Part shown: positions 9,801 through 19,268 of the stretch, piece after piece
Layout: every line of letters starts with the position of its first letter
Position numbering within the stretch: the stretch's first letter is position 1
UHGV virus genome: UHGV-0281131
Direction: 5' to 3' (one strand)
DNA length: 37,426 nucleotides
From: a virus
Notes under the pieces: model-generated
Told to the model about the DNA's origin: nothing
Database searches by the model: none
What the model saw: only the letters and a program-made list of their open reading frames with translations
Translations under genes and position numbers: made by a program

Positions 9801-12364
9801 TTAGCTCCTACAAACTCAAAATCAATATTGTATTTAAATTTATAAAAATCTAGCATTTTCTGTATGCCATCAATATTATTTTTCTTTCTTACAGTTTTAC
9901 CAAATTCTTTTTGAACTGCTAACATATCATTAGTTAGTTGTTCAGCACTTGTAAATCTTTTATTCAAATTCAATTTTTCTTTAAAATATTGAATTATCTC
10001 ATTTTTTCTAGCAGCTTTAGATTTACTTTTAATCTTTGGATCTGTTGTGTCAATTTTAAGTTTATATATATCTCCTACTATTCCATAAGAAGTTGGGTCT
10101 TGAGAGAAAAGTCCATGATATTTAGTGTTGCTGATAGTAAATTCTACACTCATTATTGCTTCTTTTTCTTGCCATCTACTCCTTGTGAATACAGGGTTTC
10201 CATCCGCGTCAACACCAGTTTGGATAGGATATTTAGTTCTACTAACATATCCTTTAGCTTTTGTAACTTTTGCTTCTTTAGGAATAGCACCTTTTCCTTT
10301 TAAAACTTGTGTTATTTGGTCTTTATTGTAATCTCTCGGGTTGTGTCTTATAACAGTTTTTTTATTTTCAAACTCATCAGCAGTAGTTTCATAAATATGT
10401 AATTTTAAATCTTTTTTATCAACTTCATTTATTAAAACTGTTTTAGGCTTTTGTGGCTCCAATATTTCAGCAGGAGTTTTATTCCATAGTTCTAAGAAGT
10501 TATTAAAAGCTTTTTTCTGCTCTTTACTTAATTTTTTTTCTTGCATAATCATTTCAGCAAGTTCTTTCATAAGTTGTGGTTCTTGAGTTATTAGTTGAGA
10601 AAATTCTTCTTTTGAATTTATTCCTAATTCTTTTATTGATATAAAAGTATCCATGACTATTTTACCATCAGTTTTAGGAACAGTTTCCATTATTTCTCTA
10701 GGTTTAAATGGTCCTATTCCCAATCTTTCTCTTGCTAGTTTTCTCATTTGAAGTTTATTTAATCTTTTAGTTTCTGGAATATCTATTTCTGGGAAAACTT
10801 CTTCTATTATATTTTTAGGTTGAACAGTAGGTAAAATTTGTATAGTTTCCTCATCTAAAGGGAATACATAACCTTGATAATCTCCTTTTTCATTTTTTCT
10901 AAAATCAGCAAAGAATCTTTTACCACTATCTATGAACTCTGATTTTATAATATAATTTTTAGTTTCTTTGTCTTTATATCCTCTAGCATATATAACATCA
11001 GCTTCTTCTGGAATAATTCCAGTAATTCTAAGTTCTGATTCTAAAGCTCCTTTTTTAAAAATTTTATAATCATTTTTTATAGGTTGTCTTCTAGCTGCTA
11101 AATTTCCTAAGTCCATTCCGTTTATAGCACGTGTCTGGCTTACTCCGTATCTAGTAGTAATTACTTTTTGTATATTGCTTGGATAAAGAGTAGGTTCATA
11201 TATAACTACTGGGTCATCAAAATTTTTTATTAATTGTCTTGCTACTCCATTCATATCAAGATATATATCAGTTATTTGATTTGGGTTAGTTACATCATAG
11301 TAATATCTAAAGGCTTGTATGTCATCAGCTCCTAAAGATTTATTTCTTAACGCTCTGGATATAATAGTCCTCATTTGTTGTGGGTTGCTTTCTAGTAGTT
11401 CGTTGAAATCAAATACAGATTTTATGTTTGGATATCTAGGGTCATCAATAACATTATTGATTATACTTGCTGTGTATTCTCTTATAATCGGTAATTTAAC
11501 AGAGTTTATCTCCAAGTTATCTGGAACTATATTATATAAGCTACCAGTCTTACCGAGGCTTTCATTGAATGGCATCATATTTTGAATTGTAGCTCTTGTT
11601 ATATCTGGGTCTATCTGTCCAGTATATCCAAAGGAACTCCTTATATTCCTTATAACGTCTATTTCTGAATTTTTAATAGAATTTAATATTCTTCTACTAC
11701 CTACTCCAATTCCAGCAAAACCAACACTAGCAACACCACCAGTACCAGCCGCAAAGAAAAGTTCTTCAAGTGTAGGTAATCTATCTTCTGTGCTATAAAT
11801 ATCATAAGATTCTTGAAGTGTATTCTCTACTGCTCCAGCTCCTGCTATAACTCCAATTTTTGCTAATTTAGAAACGGGGTTAATTACATTCAATATTCCA
11901 GCACTCAACATATTAGTAGTTGCATTTACTGCAAATTGGTTAGCGTCTGTTAGAACTCTTATTCCCTCTGCTCCAAGTGTTGCTAAAGTTCTTTTGGTTA
12001 AATTTGGGTCAGAACCTAACATTCTTCTCATTCTGTCAAGACTAGCTTTAGAAACTTTTTTATAGTCTTCAACATACATTTCTAAGTCTTGCATATCTTT
12101 TTCTAATTCTTTATCTTTATAAGTTCTAGCTAATTTTTTCTCCTCTGCTAACACAACCTCATTAGCAAATCTATTAAAGTTGTTCTTTATTTGTGTTCCT
12201 AACTCTTTAAAAACTTTTCCTTGGTCTATATCATATTTACTTTTACCTTTTGTTATTTCAAATCTATCAGCTATTTCTTTATTGTCTTGATAATATTTAT
12301 TTATGTCTACTATATTAGCCTCTCCATTTTTAGCTAAATACAGTGCCTTATTCATTTCAGTCAT
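6836..12364 (-). CDS. Giant internal virion / ejection protein (1842 aa), T7 gp16-like by position; contains an HEXXH zincin motif
   Basis: Largest gene of the late operon, directly downstream of other putative core proteins. Carries a glycine-rich hydrophobic stretch (GVIAGAGAVEN...AAGTGGVASVGFAGIGVGS) and the metalloprotease-like motif VLRHEIQHILDLY with downstream Glu residues. Confidence 0.5.
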   Translation of the reverse strand: MTEMNKALYLAKNGEANIVDINKYYQDNKEIADRFEITKGKSKYDIDQGKVFKELGTQIKNNFNRFANEVVLAEEKKLARTYKDKELEKDMQDLEMYVEDYKKVSKASLDRMRRMLGSDPNLTKRTLATLGAEGIRVLTDANQFAVNATTNMLSAGILNVINPVSKLAKIGVIAGAGAVENTLQESYDIYSTEDRLPTLEELFFAAGTGGVASVGFAGIGVGSRRILNSIKNSEIDVIRNIRSSFGYTGQIDPDITRATIQNMMPFNESLGKTGSLYNIVPDNLEINSVKLPIIREYTASIINNVIDDPRYPNIKSVFDFNELLESNPQQMRTIISRALRNKSLGADDIQAFRYYYDVTNPNQITDIYLDMNGVARQLIKNFDDPVVIYEPTLYPSNIQKVITTRYGVSQTRAINGMDLGNLAARRQPIKNDYKIFKKGALESELRITGIIPEEADVIYARGYKDKETKNYIIKSEFIDSGKRFFADFRKNEKGDYQGYVFPLDEETIQILPTVQPKNIIEEVFPEIDIPETKRLNKLQMRKLARERLGIGPFKPREIMETVPKTDGKIVMDTFISIKELGINSKEEFSQLITQEPQLMKELAEMIMQEKKLSKEQKKAFNNFLELWNKTPAEILEPQKPKTVLINEVDKKDLKLHIYETTADEFENKKTVIRHNPRDYNKDQITQVLKGKGAIPKEAKVTKAKGYVSRTKYPIQTGVDADGNPVFTRSRWQEKEAIMSVEFTISNTKYHGLFSQDPTSYGIVGDIYKLKIDTTDPKIKSKSKAARKNEIIQYFKEKLNLNKRFTSAEQLTNDMLAVQKEFGKTVRKKNNIDGIQKMLDFYKFKYNIDFEFVGAKKIQHLGETIIKKNKDGSRILQVAISDKIKDLDTQIGVLRHEIQHILDLYNTPEFRSKEFNPVVMDSAKPIEEVLKGINRGHFADYSDDYFELSYIIKNAMDNLVDGDKLNPEFVEILKLDIPKVIDKDDVSAVKKIIKETGNEVDVSERLAKLKAETNKYFKIKDGLRKIYRSNENLSGKARRAKDFLKTQILLPFQKTKEQSKTKLLNLFTLDYKGQKLDLEKMLDLFEENKFDLRDFLFSFNRKLPDELAELQPKLEDIRETLYQTVKELTKDYDINVQDIYNNLNYDSNLSLEKLLSQDELQKYLTTLTKEFDGQKFLDGELIADPVTGKDVSKRLVDPRERFAERNYDFFMSSVERLEIEIKKENPSPYEIIQRLKEIKTCIPSDERFKIISKYNLEQYPEVQRFLKNNKDFFEDLPGTDFDRNNIESKKQNARRAFTEDMDSYKGAEENPLKETAVHRFGRFENWIDRGYIKKSKVKDFVANNKVDGRLALQKLINEISNAEAIKSTFPQGGYKGFKKLLGELQTSTLSQDFKSYMRELEGYIDVELGRDLGHITKPIETSLDRFVKKYTSVYGKINLTGPKAFRELYMEPMSMVRANISRYGGDGFFTTYKQVMNNVIALMMNVNNTPELMAQLKNSMPIEYVNAILGELDDFTGYRKARMIKYGSNQDKLLSALDSGLNKLNLYQYTQLALKAAAYSLGGMNLEKFAKYSSLDELLNSQGHYFKKMIEDLNIGSLEFEFMKKIPDLESFKNNKLYDEISFSDSIKKTDIENYLGDIITDDEFKYIKDDIVDKVTKFYDKMVSDISPTEATAAARNEIDMINDNVRRNFARMTGFFKTSLQEQWRRLATDVFYSNVNNGKMDWTNKLWQKRMMNYMVQLGVVVVAGSLLKDGEFYEDPLGTVIDKFNDMVDSPGSTLWTFFDDNIINSYALTTGSMAIVRPAYLIQNISKGDIDKAATNLIKMGINTTNYNIAKNVIELLQ

Positions 12365-14354
12365 TTATACCACCTAGTTTTAAAATAATTGGTTTACCAT
12401 CTTTATCTTGAGCAACCATTCCGCCATACATAAATACTGCAACGTTTGCTCCAGGCTTGCTTGAAACTCTTAATTCTTTTTTTCTGATATTGGTTCCGTT
12501 GATGTAAAACTCGTTATCAGCTACAAATGTATTTATTCCTTTTGCTATTTCATCAGCATTAGCGTTTTCATCAGTTAAAATCATTCCATATTTACCAGTA
12601 TCAACAGTTTTATAATTTATTATTTTAGGAATAATACTTGCCATTTTTCTATCAACATTTTTTCTAACATCATCATTTTCATTGTAAAAAGCTTGTAATA
12701 CTTTGGTTTTTTGTTCTTTATTCAACGAATCTAAGGTTACATCAAAAACTTCTAAGTCTGCTTTTTTAGCTAAATCTTTAGTAAGTATGCCACCAGTTTG
12801 TCTAAATAGCTCAACTTTTATACTATCACTATACATTTTTTCAAAATCTTCTATAAATCTATTAGAGGCTTTATCTCCTGCTAAAGAGGCAGCATTTAAA
12901 GCTTCTAGTGTAGCTCCTGCTGCTGGAGTAGTAGATTCTTTAACATAATAAGAATTTAATACATTTTCATATGCTAAAGCTACTTCTGATGATATATTAA
13001 ATTTTTCTATTCCATCAAAATTAGCAACTTCTATTCCTTTGAAACTTTCTATTGTTTGTCTGTTTGTAGAATCATATAAATCATTATAAAGAGATTGTAC
13101 TTCTGGTTGAGAAAAATATGCTCTTGTAAGCATGCTTCCACCAGCAATATTTTTATTGGTGCTATCTAAATAATCTTCTGATATTTCTTTACTACCATAA
13201 GAACTTGTATTTTTAACCATTGCTTCTGCTCTATCATTCATTATTGAGGCACCATTTAAAGTAGTATTATCATAAATATGGTCTGTGTTATCAAATCCCT
13301 TTTCTTGCCACCCCATATCCAAACCTAATATAGGGGCTTCATCTATGGAAGTTAAATTTGTGCCATTAATTTCATTTATTATTTGGAGTTGCACACTTTC
13401 TGGTATAGGATAATCTTTAGGAAGTTTACTTTTCTTTATATAGTATTCTCTAGGTTTAGTTTTTCTTTTCATATCATCTTCTATTTGTTCAGCTAAAGTC
13501 ATTTCTCCAGCCATTTTTTTTCTGTTTTCTATTCTATTTATTGAAGATGATATTGTGCTTTTAAATTTTTTGTATTCATCAATACCAAGTCTTACTTCTC
13601 CAAATTCACTAGAAAATTGTAAATCTTTATAATGATATATAAATTCCTCTGGTGTCCACTTATCCATTTGAATTAATAGTTCTTCTCCACCAGGCATATT
13701 TTCATATGACATAATATTACTTTCTATAAGAGTTGGAATCTGTTCTCCTAATGTTTCTATTGCTTTAGCTTTGGTTATAAATTCAGCGTCAATCATTTTT
13801 TCTAAATCATCAACTAAAGAGTAGAAATTATTAATTCCTCCTGTATAATCTCCATTTAAAAATCTGGTATTTAAATTTTCTTTTTTTTGAGCTAGAATAA
13901 ATTCGGCTTCATTTTTTTGAACTTTAGTATTATAGTCATTATATTCAACTAAATAATTTACATTTGATTTTTCAAGTTCTCCTGTTACCATAGAACTATA
14001 TTTTTCTAATATAGAATCATCTATCCCTAATTCCTTTCCATCTTTTTTAAATTGCTCTATATTAGCTTTTATTTCACTTTCTAAAGAGTTATAAGAATCA
14101 AAATTATGGAATAATTTTTTATTTATTTTTCCCTGGTTATCTCTATCTAATATCATTTTAGACATAGAGGCAGCAAATTGCTGCCCGAATGTTTCTGCTT
14201 GTATTAAGTCTTGCTTTTGTTTTTTCTGGAAAAGTTCCTCAAGTTTACTAGCTGTATTTCTCTCTACTCCAAAATCTGCAGCTATATTTAATTGTGGTAC
14301 TACTTTGCCACTTGGTCTATTTATTTTTAAAGGTTGTATTAGTGTTCCTGCCAT
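12357..14354 (-). CDS. Virion structural / internal core protein (665 aa), gp15-like by position
   Basis: Start overlaps the upstream gene stop (ATGA at 14354). Its 3' end overlaps the start of the 1842-aa gene by 8 nt, implying translational coupling within the virion block. Confidence 0.4.
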   Translation of the reverse strand: MAGTLIQPLKINRPSGKVVPQLNIAADFGVERNTASKLEELFQKKQKQDLIQAETFGQQFAASMSKMILDRDNQGKINKKLFHNFDSYNSLESEIKANIEQFKKDGKELGIDDSILEKYSSMVTGELEKSNVNYLVEYNDYNTKVQKNEAEFILAQKKENLNTRFLNGDYTGGINNFYSLVDDLEKMIDAEFITKAKAIETLGEQIPTLIESNIMSYENMPGGEELLIQMDKWTPEEFIYHYKDLQFSSEFGEVRLGIDEYKKFKSTISSSINRIENRKKMAGEMTLAEQIEDDMKRKTKPREYYIKKSKLPKDYPIPESVQLQIINEINGTNLTSIDEAPILGLDMGWQEKGFDNTDHIYDNTTLNGASIMNDRAEAMVKNTSSYGSKEISEDYLDSTNKNIAGGSMLTRAYFSQPEVQSLYNDLYDSTNRQTIESFKGIEVANFDGIEKFNISSEVALAYENVLNSYYVKESTTPAAGATLEALNAASLAGDKASNRFIEDFEKMYSDSIKVELFRQTGGILTKDLAKKADLEVFDVTLDSLNKEQKTKVLQAFYNENDDVRKNVDRKMASIIPKIINYKTVDTGKYGMILTDENANADEIAKGINTFVADNEFYINGTNIRKKELRVSSKPGANVAVFMYGGMVAQDKDGKPIILKLGGIND

Positions 14355-14890
14355 TATTTACCACCCCATAAACTTCCTATCATACTTCCATATCCTCCAC
14401 CTTGAATACCTTTATTTTTGTTTATACTTGTTATTTCGTCCATTTTTTTCATATGTGTGTAGTCCATAAAAGCATTAGCTACACTTAACCCTGCACTCAA
14501 TCCAAGTTGCTTATAAGTTGCTCCTAAATTATAATTATTTTGAGCTTTAGTTAGTTTAAGTCCTCCTTGTATCTCTGTTAGTGCTTCACTCTGTCCTGTC
14601 TTAGCTTCTAGGAATGATTTTTCATGTGCTGTCATTCCTTTGCTAAATAATGTGCTAGCTGTATCTATTCCAGCATTAGCAAAAGCTGCTTTTTGAGATT
14701 TCATTCTAGTAGTCATCTCTTCCATAGCTGATGTATAGCTCCTCATAGTATTGGTAGTTTCTTTAGCTGCATTTACTTCTGTTGTTAAATTATTTAATTT
14801 TGTTTGATTCTTTGCTCTTCCAGCGTCTGCCACTGAACCGAATAGACTTAGTCCAGTGCTTGCTAATTGCATTATCATTAATGGATTCAT
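14354..14890 (-). CDS. Virion structural protein (178 aa), internal core gp14-like by position
   Basis: Small protein with an N-terminal hydrophobic segment and a Gly-rich C-terminus (GIQGGGYGSMIGSLWGGK). Sits between the tail-tube candidate and the core proteins. Confidence 0.35.
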   Translation of the reverse strand: MNPLMIMQLASTGLSLFGSVADAGRAKNQTKLNNLTTEVNAAKETTNTMRSYTSAMEEMTTRMKSQKAAFANAGIDTASTLFSKGMTAHEKSFLEAKTGQSEALTEIQGGLKLTKAQNNYNLGATYKQLGLSAGLSVANAFMDYTHMKKMDEITSINKNKGIQGGGYGSMIGSLWGGK

Positions 14891-14905
14891 ATTCTCACAC
14901 TCCTA

Positions 14906-16702
14906 TTATCCTATTTCTGCAAATATTCCTACTATTTCAATTTTCTCATTATTGAGTTGCTCTATAACTAATTCCTCTTTTCCAATGTTGGCCATGTCTA
15001 TGTAGTGAATTTTTTCATAAAAATTATCTATATTTTCTCCAAAGCCTACTGATTTAGTTTGGTTATTTATTTTTAAGTTATAATTTCCATAACACAAAAT
15101 CTTACAATTTTTAAATCTTGCTTTCATTAAAAATTCTGGAATTGGCATTTGGTAGTTTTGCGACATAGTTGTTTTTGGTAGTTTTAACTTTAAAGGTTCT
15201 ACCTCTGTACTTGAATAAGTGTATATATCTATATTTTCATTATTAACATTGAAGATATAGAGTTTATCATCTATATTAAGATATTCATTTATTCCAGGCA
15301 ATTTAGGTACTCTAGTCCAACATAATATATTTTCCGAATAATTATAACTTAATGCTCTTCCACCACTTACTGTATCTACTCCTATAATGTTGTTTTTACC
15401 AATTTTATGAAAGTAAATATCATTGATGTTATCCATTAAGTGTCCAGAATATAGTGTTACTTCCTGCACTACATAAGCACTATCTGCCCCTACGTCTTGT
15501 ATTTGATAGATTCTATTAGAACTGTCAACATAGTATATTGCGTCGTCTGCCTCTGTCCAATACCCAAGCCCTTTAGGTCTTGGTAGTTTTTGGTCGTACA
15601 GTGCTGATGTTTCAGTAGTTAGTCCCTCATTTAATTGTGTGGAATAAATTCCTCTATCTGTTATTACTATCAAGGATTTATAAGCTATAAACTCTTTAAC
15701 AGTATTAACTTCATTACCAGTAACAAAGGTAGTAAATCCATCATTATCATCTGTTGATTGTCTAAAGTTAGTAGAGTCATATACCCTACTTGACACTATC
15801 GCTGATGGGTTACCTGCAACATTTCCGAAGATCACTCTACCTTTATACTCTGCCACTACTGCTGGATAACCACCATTGAATAAAGATTCAGAGAAAGTTA
15901 TATCCAGGATATTTATTTTTCTTTCAGCTTCTGGTGTTGATGAGGTAGGAATATCTATTCCAGTTGCTGGTGCTGTAACTTGCGTAGTAGTTATCTTTTG
16001 TTTTCCATCTCTATTCTCTATTTTATTGATTCTAAATTCTCCAGCCATATAGGAAATAGTTCCCTCTTTTAATTTATCCAGGAATGTAGGTTTAAATACA
16101 GGACTTGAGATAGTAGATTCGAAGACAACACTTGCTCCAGATTGATACCATTGAAATACTTGTTTTTCTTCATCTGTATATTGATATTGAGTTTCCACTC
16201 TTTTTACTGGAGGATTTACTATATTTTCCCAATACTCTACTACATCAAACTCTTGAGTGTCTTCCGTAACTCTTATCATTTCTGGTTTTTTATTAGCTAC
16301 ACAAGTTATAACACTATTTTGGAATTGTGCTATACTTAGATTCTCAATCTCTTCATCTGTGTAATTTACTTCTATTTCCTTTATAACTTCAAAGTTATCT
16401 TCTCTTAATATAATTACTTTTAATTCAGTAAATAAAAAAAGATACCCACTAAGTGAGGTATCTTTCTTTTGAATTTTATATTTAAAAATCTTGAAAGCAT
16501 TTATAATAGTTTTAGTTGTAACTGCTTGAATAGTAGCAACTTTTTTTAATGCTGGGAAATTAGTTATTCCTGCTGAAGAGGTTATAAGTCCATTTTCTAA
16601 ATAGGCTAATCCTCTGTTTGGTATATCTGTATCTACCCTAAAACATAGTGGTGGGTCTATCTCCCCTAAAGAGAACCTCCCCTTTTTTTCATAATATTTC
16701 AT
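14906..16702 (-). CDS. Tail structural protein (598 aa), tail tube/nozzle-like by position
   Basis: Large beta-rich protein downstream of a 172-aa protein and upstream of core proteins, matching the gp11-gp12 order of T7-like virions. No catalytic motif. Confidence 0.4.
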   Translation of the reverse strand: MKYYEKKGRFSLGEIDPPLCFRVDTDIPNRGLAYLENGLITSSAGITNFPALKKVATIQAVTTKTIINAFKIFKYKIQKKDTSLSGYLFLFTELKVIILREDNFEVIKEIEVNYTDEEIENLSIAQFQNSVITCVANKKPEMIRVTEDTQEFDVVEYWENIVNPPVKRVETQYQYTDEEKQVFQWYQSGASVVFESTISSPVFKPTFLDKLKEGTISYMAGEFRINKIENRDGKQKITTTQVTAPATGIDIPTSSTPEAERKINILDITFSESLFNGGYPAVVAEYKGRVIFGNVAGNPSAIVSSRVYDSTNFRQSTDDNDGFTTFVTGNEVNTVKEFIAYKSLIVITDRGIYSTQLNEGLTTETSALYDQKLPRPKGLGYWTEADDAIYYVDSSNRIYQIQDVGADSAYVVQEVTLYSGHLMDNINDIYFHKIGKNNIIGVDTVSGGRALSYNYSENILCWTRVPKLPGINEYLNIDDKLYIFNVNNENIDIYTYSSTEVEPLKLKLPKTTMSQNYQMPIPEFLMKARFKNCKILCYGNYNLKINNQTKSVGFGENIDNFYEKIHYIDMANIGKEELVIEQLNNEKIEIVGIFAEIG

Positions 16703-16711
16703 TGTTGCCTC

Positions 16712-17230
16712 CTATCTTAAATCCTCTATATTAATTATTGGAGGATTGTCATGTATAAATTTATTTTGCTCTGCTAAGAAAAGTTCATATAATCTACTTA
16801 ATTCTCCAGCTTTAGAAAGTGGAGCTGCCATCATAATTGCAAGTGAAATACTAGCAAGTCTTGTATATTTCTCATCTATTTCTTCTGGGTCTATATTTTT
16901 TAAATATTTAAATAAAAAATTATTTTTTGAACTGATTAATTTATCCCTATAAGCCTCCACACCACTTGTTAATGATTTGATATACCCATCTGGTTTTAAG
17001 TAAATTATCTTCCCAAGCATATTTTGTACATCAGCTTTTCTTAGTACCACTTTATCTATATTAATTCCATAATTTTCATTTTGTAACATATCATTTATCA
17101 TCATCATATAATAATTATTTCCTGTCTTATAAGCTGATGCCGTTTCCTGGTCTGCCTCATCATAAGGAAAGCCAAGCTCTAGCATAGCTGCTCTAATCAC
17201 TTCGTGCTTTTTCAATATTAATACCTCCAT
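16712..17230 (-). CDS. Hypothetical virion protein (172 aa), possible tail adaptor (gp11-like by position)
   Basis: First gene after the accessory island, immediately upstream of the 598-aa tail protein. SD present. Confidence 0.3.
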   Translation of the reverse strand: MEVLILKKHEVIRAAMLELGFPYDEADQETASAYKTGNNYYMMMINDMLQNENYGINIDKVVLRKADVQNMLGKIIYLKPDGYIKSLTSGVEAYRDKLISSKNNFLFKYLKNIDPEEIDEKYTRLASISLAIMMAAPLSKAGELSRLYELFLAEQNKFIHDNPPIINIEDLR

Positions 17231-17387
17231 CTATAAGTTTTTCTATGACAGATAATTGTTCAAGAGTAGTCGCTGCTTCAATCCCTACTCTTCCAACAAC
17301 TAAAAAGAAAGTTCTAGTTTTAATATATTTCTTTTTTAATAGATACCTCATTAATTTATAAAACATTAAAAATAATTTATTTCTCAT
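17193..17387 (-). CDS. Small hypothetical ORF (64 aa), uncertain
   Basis: Overlaps both neighbours (38 nt with the 172-aa gene, 11 nt with the recombinase). Could be genuine or a frame artefact. Confidence 0.2.
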   Translation of the reverse strand: MRNKLFLMFYKLMRYLLKKKYIKTRTFFLVVGRVGIEAATTLEQLSVIEKLIDGGINIEKARSD

Positions 17388-18072
17388 TTTGTGCCTCCTC
17401 TAGTATAATATTTTTCTTATACTTGTAATATGTATTCTTAGTTATTCCTAGCAGTGTAAAGACTTCTATATCTTTAAGATTTCCTCCAAAATCTTTAGCT
17501 AGTTTTTTAATTTTCTCTCTCATCTCCTTTTCTTTCTTGGTAGTATAAGTATCTCCTTGTTTTCTACCTAATACAGTTCCTTTAGCTTTAGTAACTCTTA
17601 GTCCCTCTTTTGTTCTTTCTCTAAGGTCTAACACTTCCTTTTCAGCTTGGTCAAATGCTATTTTAATTTGTTCTTGAGCTAATATCTTTAATACTTCATT
17701 GGTTGCATCTATGTATATATCAGCTATTTTATTTCCTGTTGAATCTATTTTATTCTCTAAAGCTTTTTTATAAAGGGCTGTATTGATATATCCCTCTTTT
17801 AAAAATATAAGTTCAATACCTCTTTCTACAAAATTAAAATATTCTTTTATTCCCTCTTCTGCATTTCTACTCATTCTACTAACAGAATCAAATATAATTG
17901 TATCTCCAGGTTTAACTATTTTTTTTAGCTTACTCCATTCTTTTCTATCTGTTGTAGTTCCTGTATATGCTTCTTGAAATACTTTAGCAGTTGGATATAT
18001 CTTTATGATATTTTCCACCTGTCTTAAAATATTTTGTTTTTTTGTAGATACCCTGCAATAACCATAAATCAT
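17377..18072 (-). CDS. Serine recombinase (resolvase/invertase family) with C-terminal HTH
   Basis: N-terminus MIYGYCRVSTKKQNILRQ has the catalytic Ser of small serine recombinases in the usual Y-x-R-V-S-T context. It carries the resolvase catalytic-core motifs and a C-terminal HTH (FTLLGITKNTYYKY). It has its own promoter and SD. Confidence 0.8.
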   Translation of the reverse strand: MIYGYCRVSTKKQNILRQVENIIKIYPTAKVFQEAYTGTTTDRKEWSKLKKIVKPGDTIIFDSVSRMSRNAEEGIKEYFNFVERGIELIFLKEGYINTALYKKALENKIDSTGNKIADIYIDATNEVLKILAQEQIKIAFDQAEKEVLDLRERTKEGLRVTKAKGTVLGRKQGDTYTTKKEKEMREKIKKLAKDFGGNLKDIEVFTLLGITKNTYYKYKKNIILEEAQNEK

Positions 18073-18109
18073 TTTTTATCTCTCCTTTTAGTATTTATTC
18101 TGTCGTTCG

Positions 18110-18140
18110 TTTCACTTAATACCATAATTATACTATTTTT
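18110..18140 (-). promoter_or_regulatory. Promoter of the serine recombinase gene (TTGTTT-17-TATAAT) bracketed by an 11-bp inverted repeat
   Basis: Minus-strand reading TTGTTTTTTATCTCTAAAAATAGTATAAT. TTTTTATCTCT (18076-18086) and AGAGATAAAAA (18143-18153) are reverse complements flanking the -35 and the SD/start. Confidence 0.4.
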
Positions 18141-18400
18141 AGAGATAAAAAACAATGTACTTTTAATACTTTTTTTAATAGGTTTGTTTTGATACTTTTT
18201 TGTGTTTTCTACTTTTTATATTAGTAGTTAAAACTACAAGTAAAAATTGTTTAGGTACAAAGTCACAATCTTTGTATTTTTTACACCTACAATATCTAAC
18301 TTTACTTATAACACTTACTATTTTTTTACCTCTTGGTAAAATTTTATATTTTACTTTGCTATGGTGCTTAGGTTTTTTCTTTTTGTTCCAGGTTTTCATT

Positions 18401-19063
18401 TTACCACGGCCAATCTGAAAATACACTTTCTAGGCAAATTGATTCTCCATCTGTGCTTTCCATACCTATTATATTTGTAAACCAAAAGTTAATTTCTTCA
18501 AATCCGTTTGCCACTTTTTTTAAATGTTCTTTAGGAATAATTATTCCTGTTTTAATTTTATCAGAACCATTACCACATAAAGCTCCCCCAATTCTAGTAA
18601 ACTCTTCTAAAGAAGTTAGAATTATAAATTCATTATCTAAATTTTTTCTTATAAAGTTAGCAACATTTCTACCAGTAAATCCAATAACTTCATCAGAATA
18701 TAATTTTTCAAATATTCCTTTCATCATATGAATTAATGCACTTGTATTAATAAATGAATATACACAAGTTTCTCCAGTAGGTTTAATTAGTAATTTTATG
18801 TCTATACTATGTTCAACTGCTATTACTTCTTTGATTATCTTTTTAGTTATGCCAAGTATATTCTTTTCATCAACTTCTTTTTTTCTTTTTTCTATTCCTA
18901 ATATATCAATTATTTTAACTCTTTCATCTTCATAACCTTTTAAATTTAAAATATCTTCCAATGATTCTATTTTTATTTTTTTTAGAGTTTTAAAAGGAGT
19001 GGCACAAACACCATAAGGTGGCATATTTCTATAATTCATCATTTTTTTCATCTCCCATTCCAT
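18401..19063 (-). CDS. Hypothetical protein (220 aa), accessory island
   Basis: ORF with no recognisable motif. The annotated start overlaps the upstream gene, so the true start is probably one of the internal Met codons (MKKMMNY...). Confidence 0.4.
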   Translation of the reverse strand: MEWEMKKMMNYRNMPPYGVCATPFKTLKKIKIESLEDILNLKGYEDERVKIIDILGIEKRKKEVDEKNILGITKKIIKEVIAVEHSIDIKLLIKPTGETCVYSFINTSALIHMMKGIFEKLYSDEVIGFTGRNVANFIRKNLDNEFIILTSLEEFTRIGGALCGNGSDKIKTGIIIPKEHLKKVANGFEEINFWFTNIIGMESTDGESICLESVFSDWPW

Positions 19064-19250
19064 AAAATTTTATTTCTATTTCATCTTTTGGTGCTGGTGT
19101 AATCAACCCATCATAATATCTTCTGTTTTTTTCTAAGTTTTTAGCTATCAACTCATCACACCTTTTAGAAATTTTTTTAATTCTTTCTATTTCTTGTATT
19201 TTTTCTAAAACAATAGTTGTAACTCCCCAAGGACATTGTTTTCTTTCCAT
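19029..19250 (-). CDS. Hypothetical protein (73 aa)
   Basis: Small ORF in an operon-like array. Contains a QCPWG segment, otherwise charged and helical. Confidence 0.3.
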   Translation of the reverse strand: MERKQCPWGVTTIVLEKIQEIERIKKISKRCDELIAKNLEKNRRYYDGLITPAPKDEIEIKFYGMGDEKNDEL

Positions 19251-19268
19251 TTATCCCCCTTTTATACC

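Noticed and set aside
9938-12948. Plus-strand ORFs 9938-10303, 10125-10331, 11319-11585, 12703-12948
   Set aside because: All are embedded antisense within the long, well-supported minus-strand virion genes and have low-complexity hydrophobic translations typical of AT-rich shadow frames.
18175-18426. 83-aa extremely Lys-rich ORF (and the opposite-strand 72-aa ORF 18200-18418)
   Set aside because: Both span the recombinase promoter and palindromes in AT-rich DNA. The Lys richness reflects AAA-rich sequence, and the ORF overlaps the upstream gene by 26 nt. More likely non-coding regulatory DNA, but not excluded.
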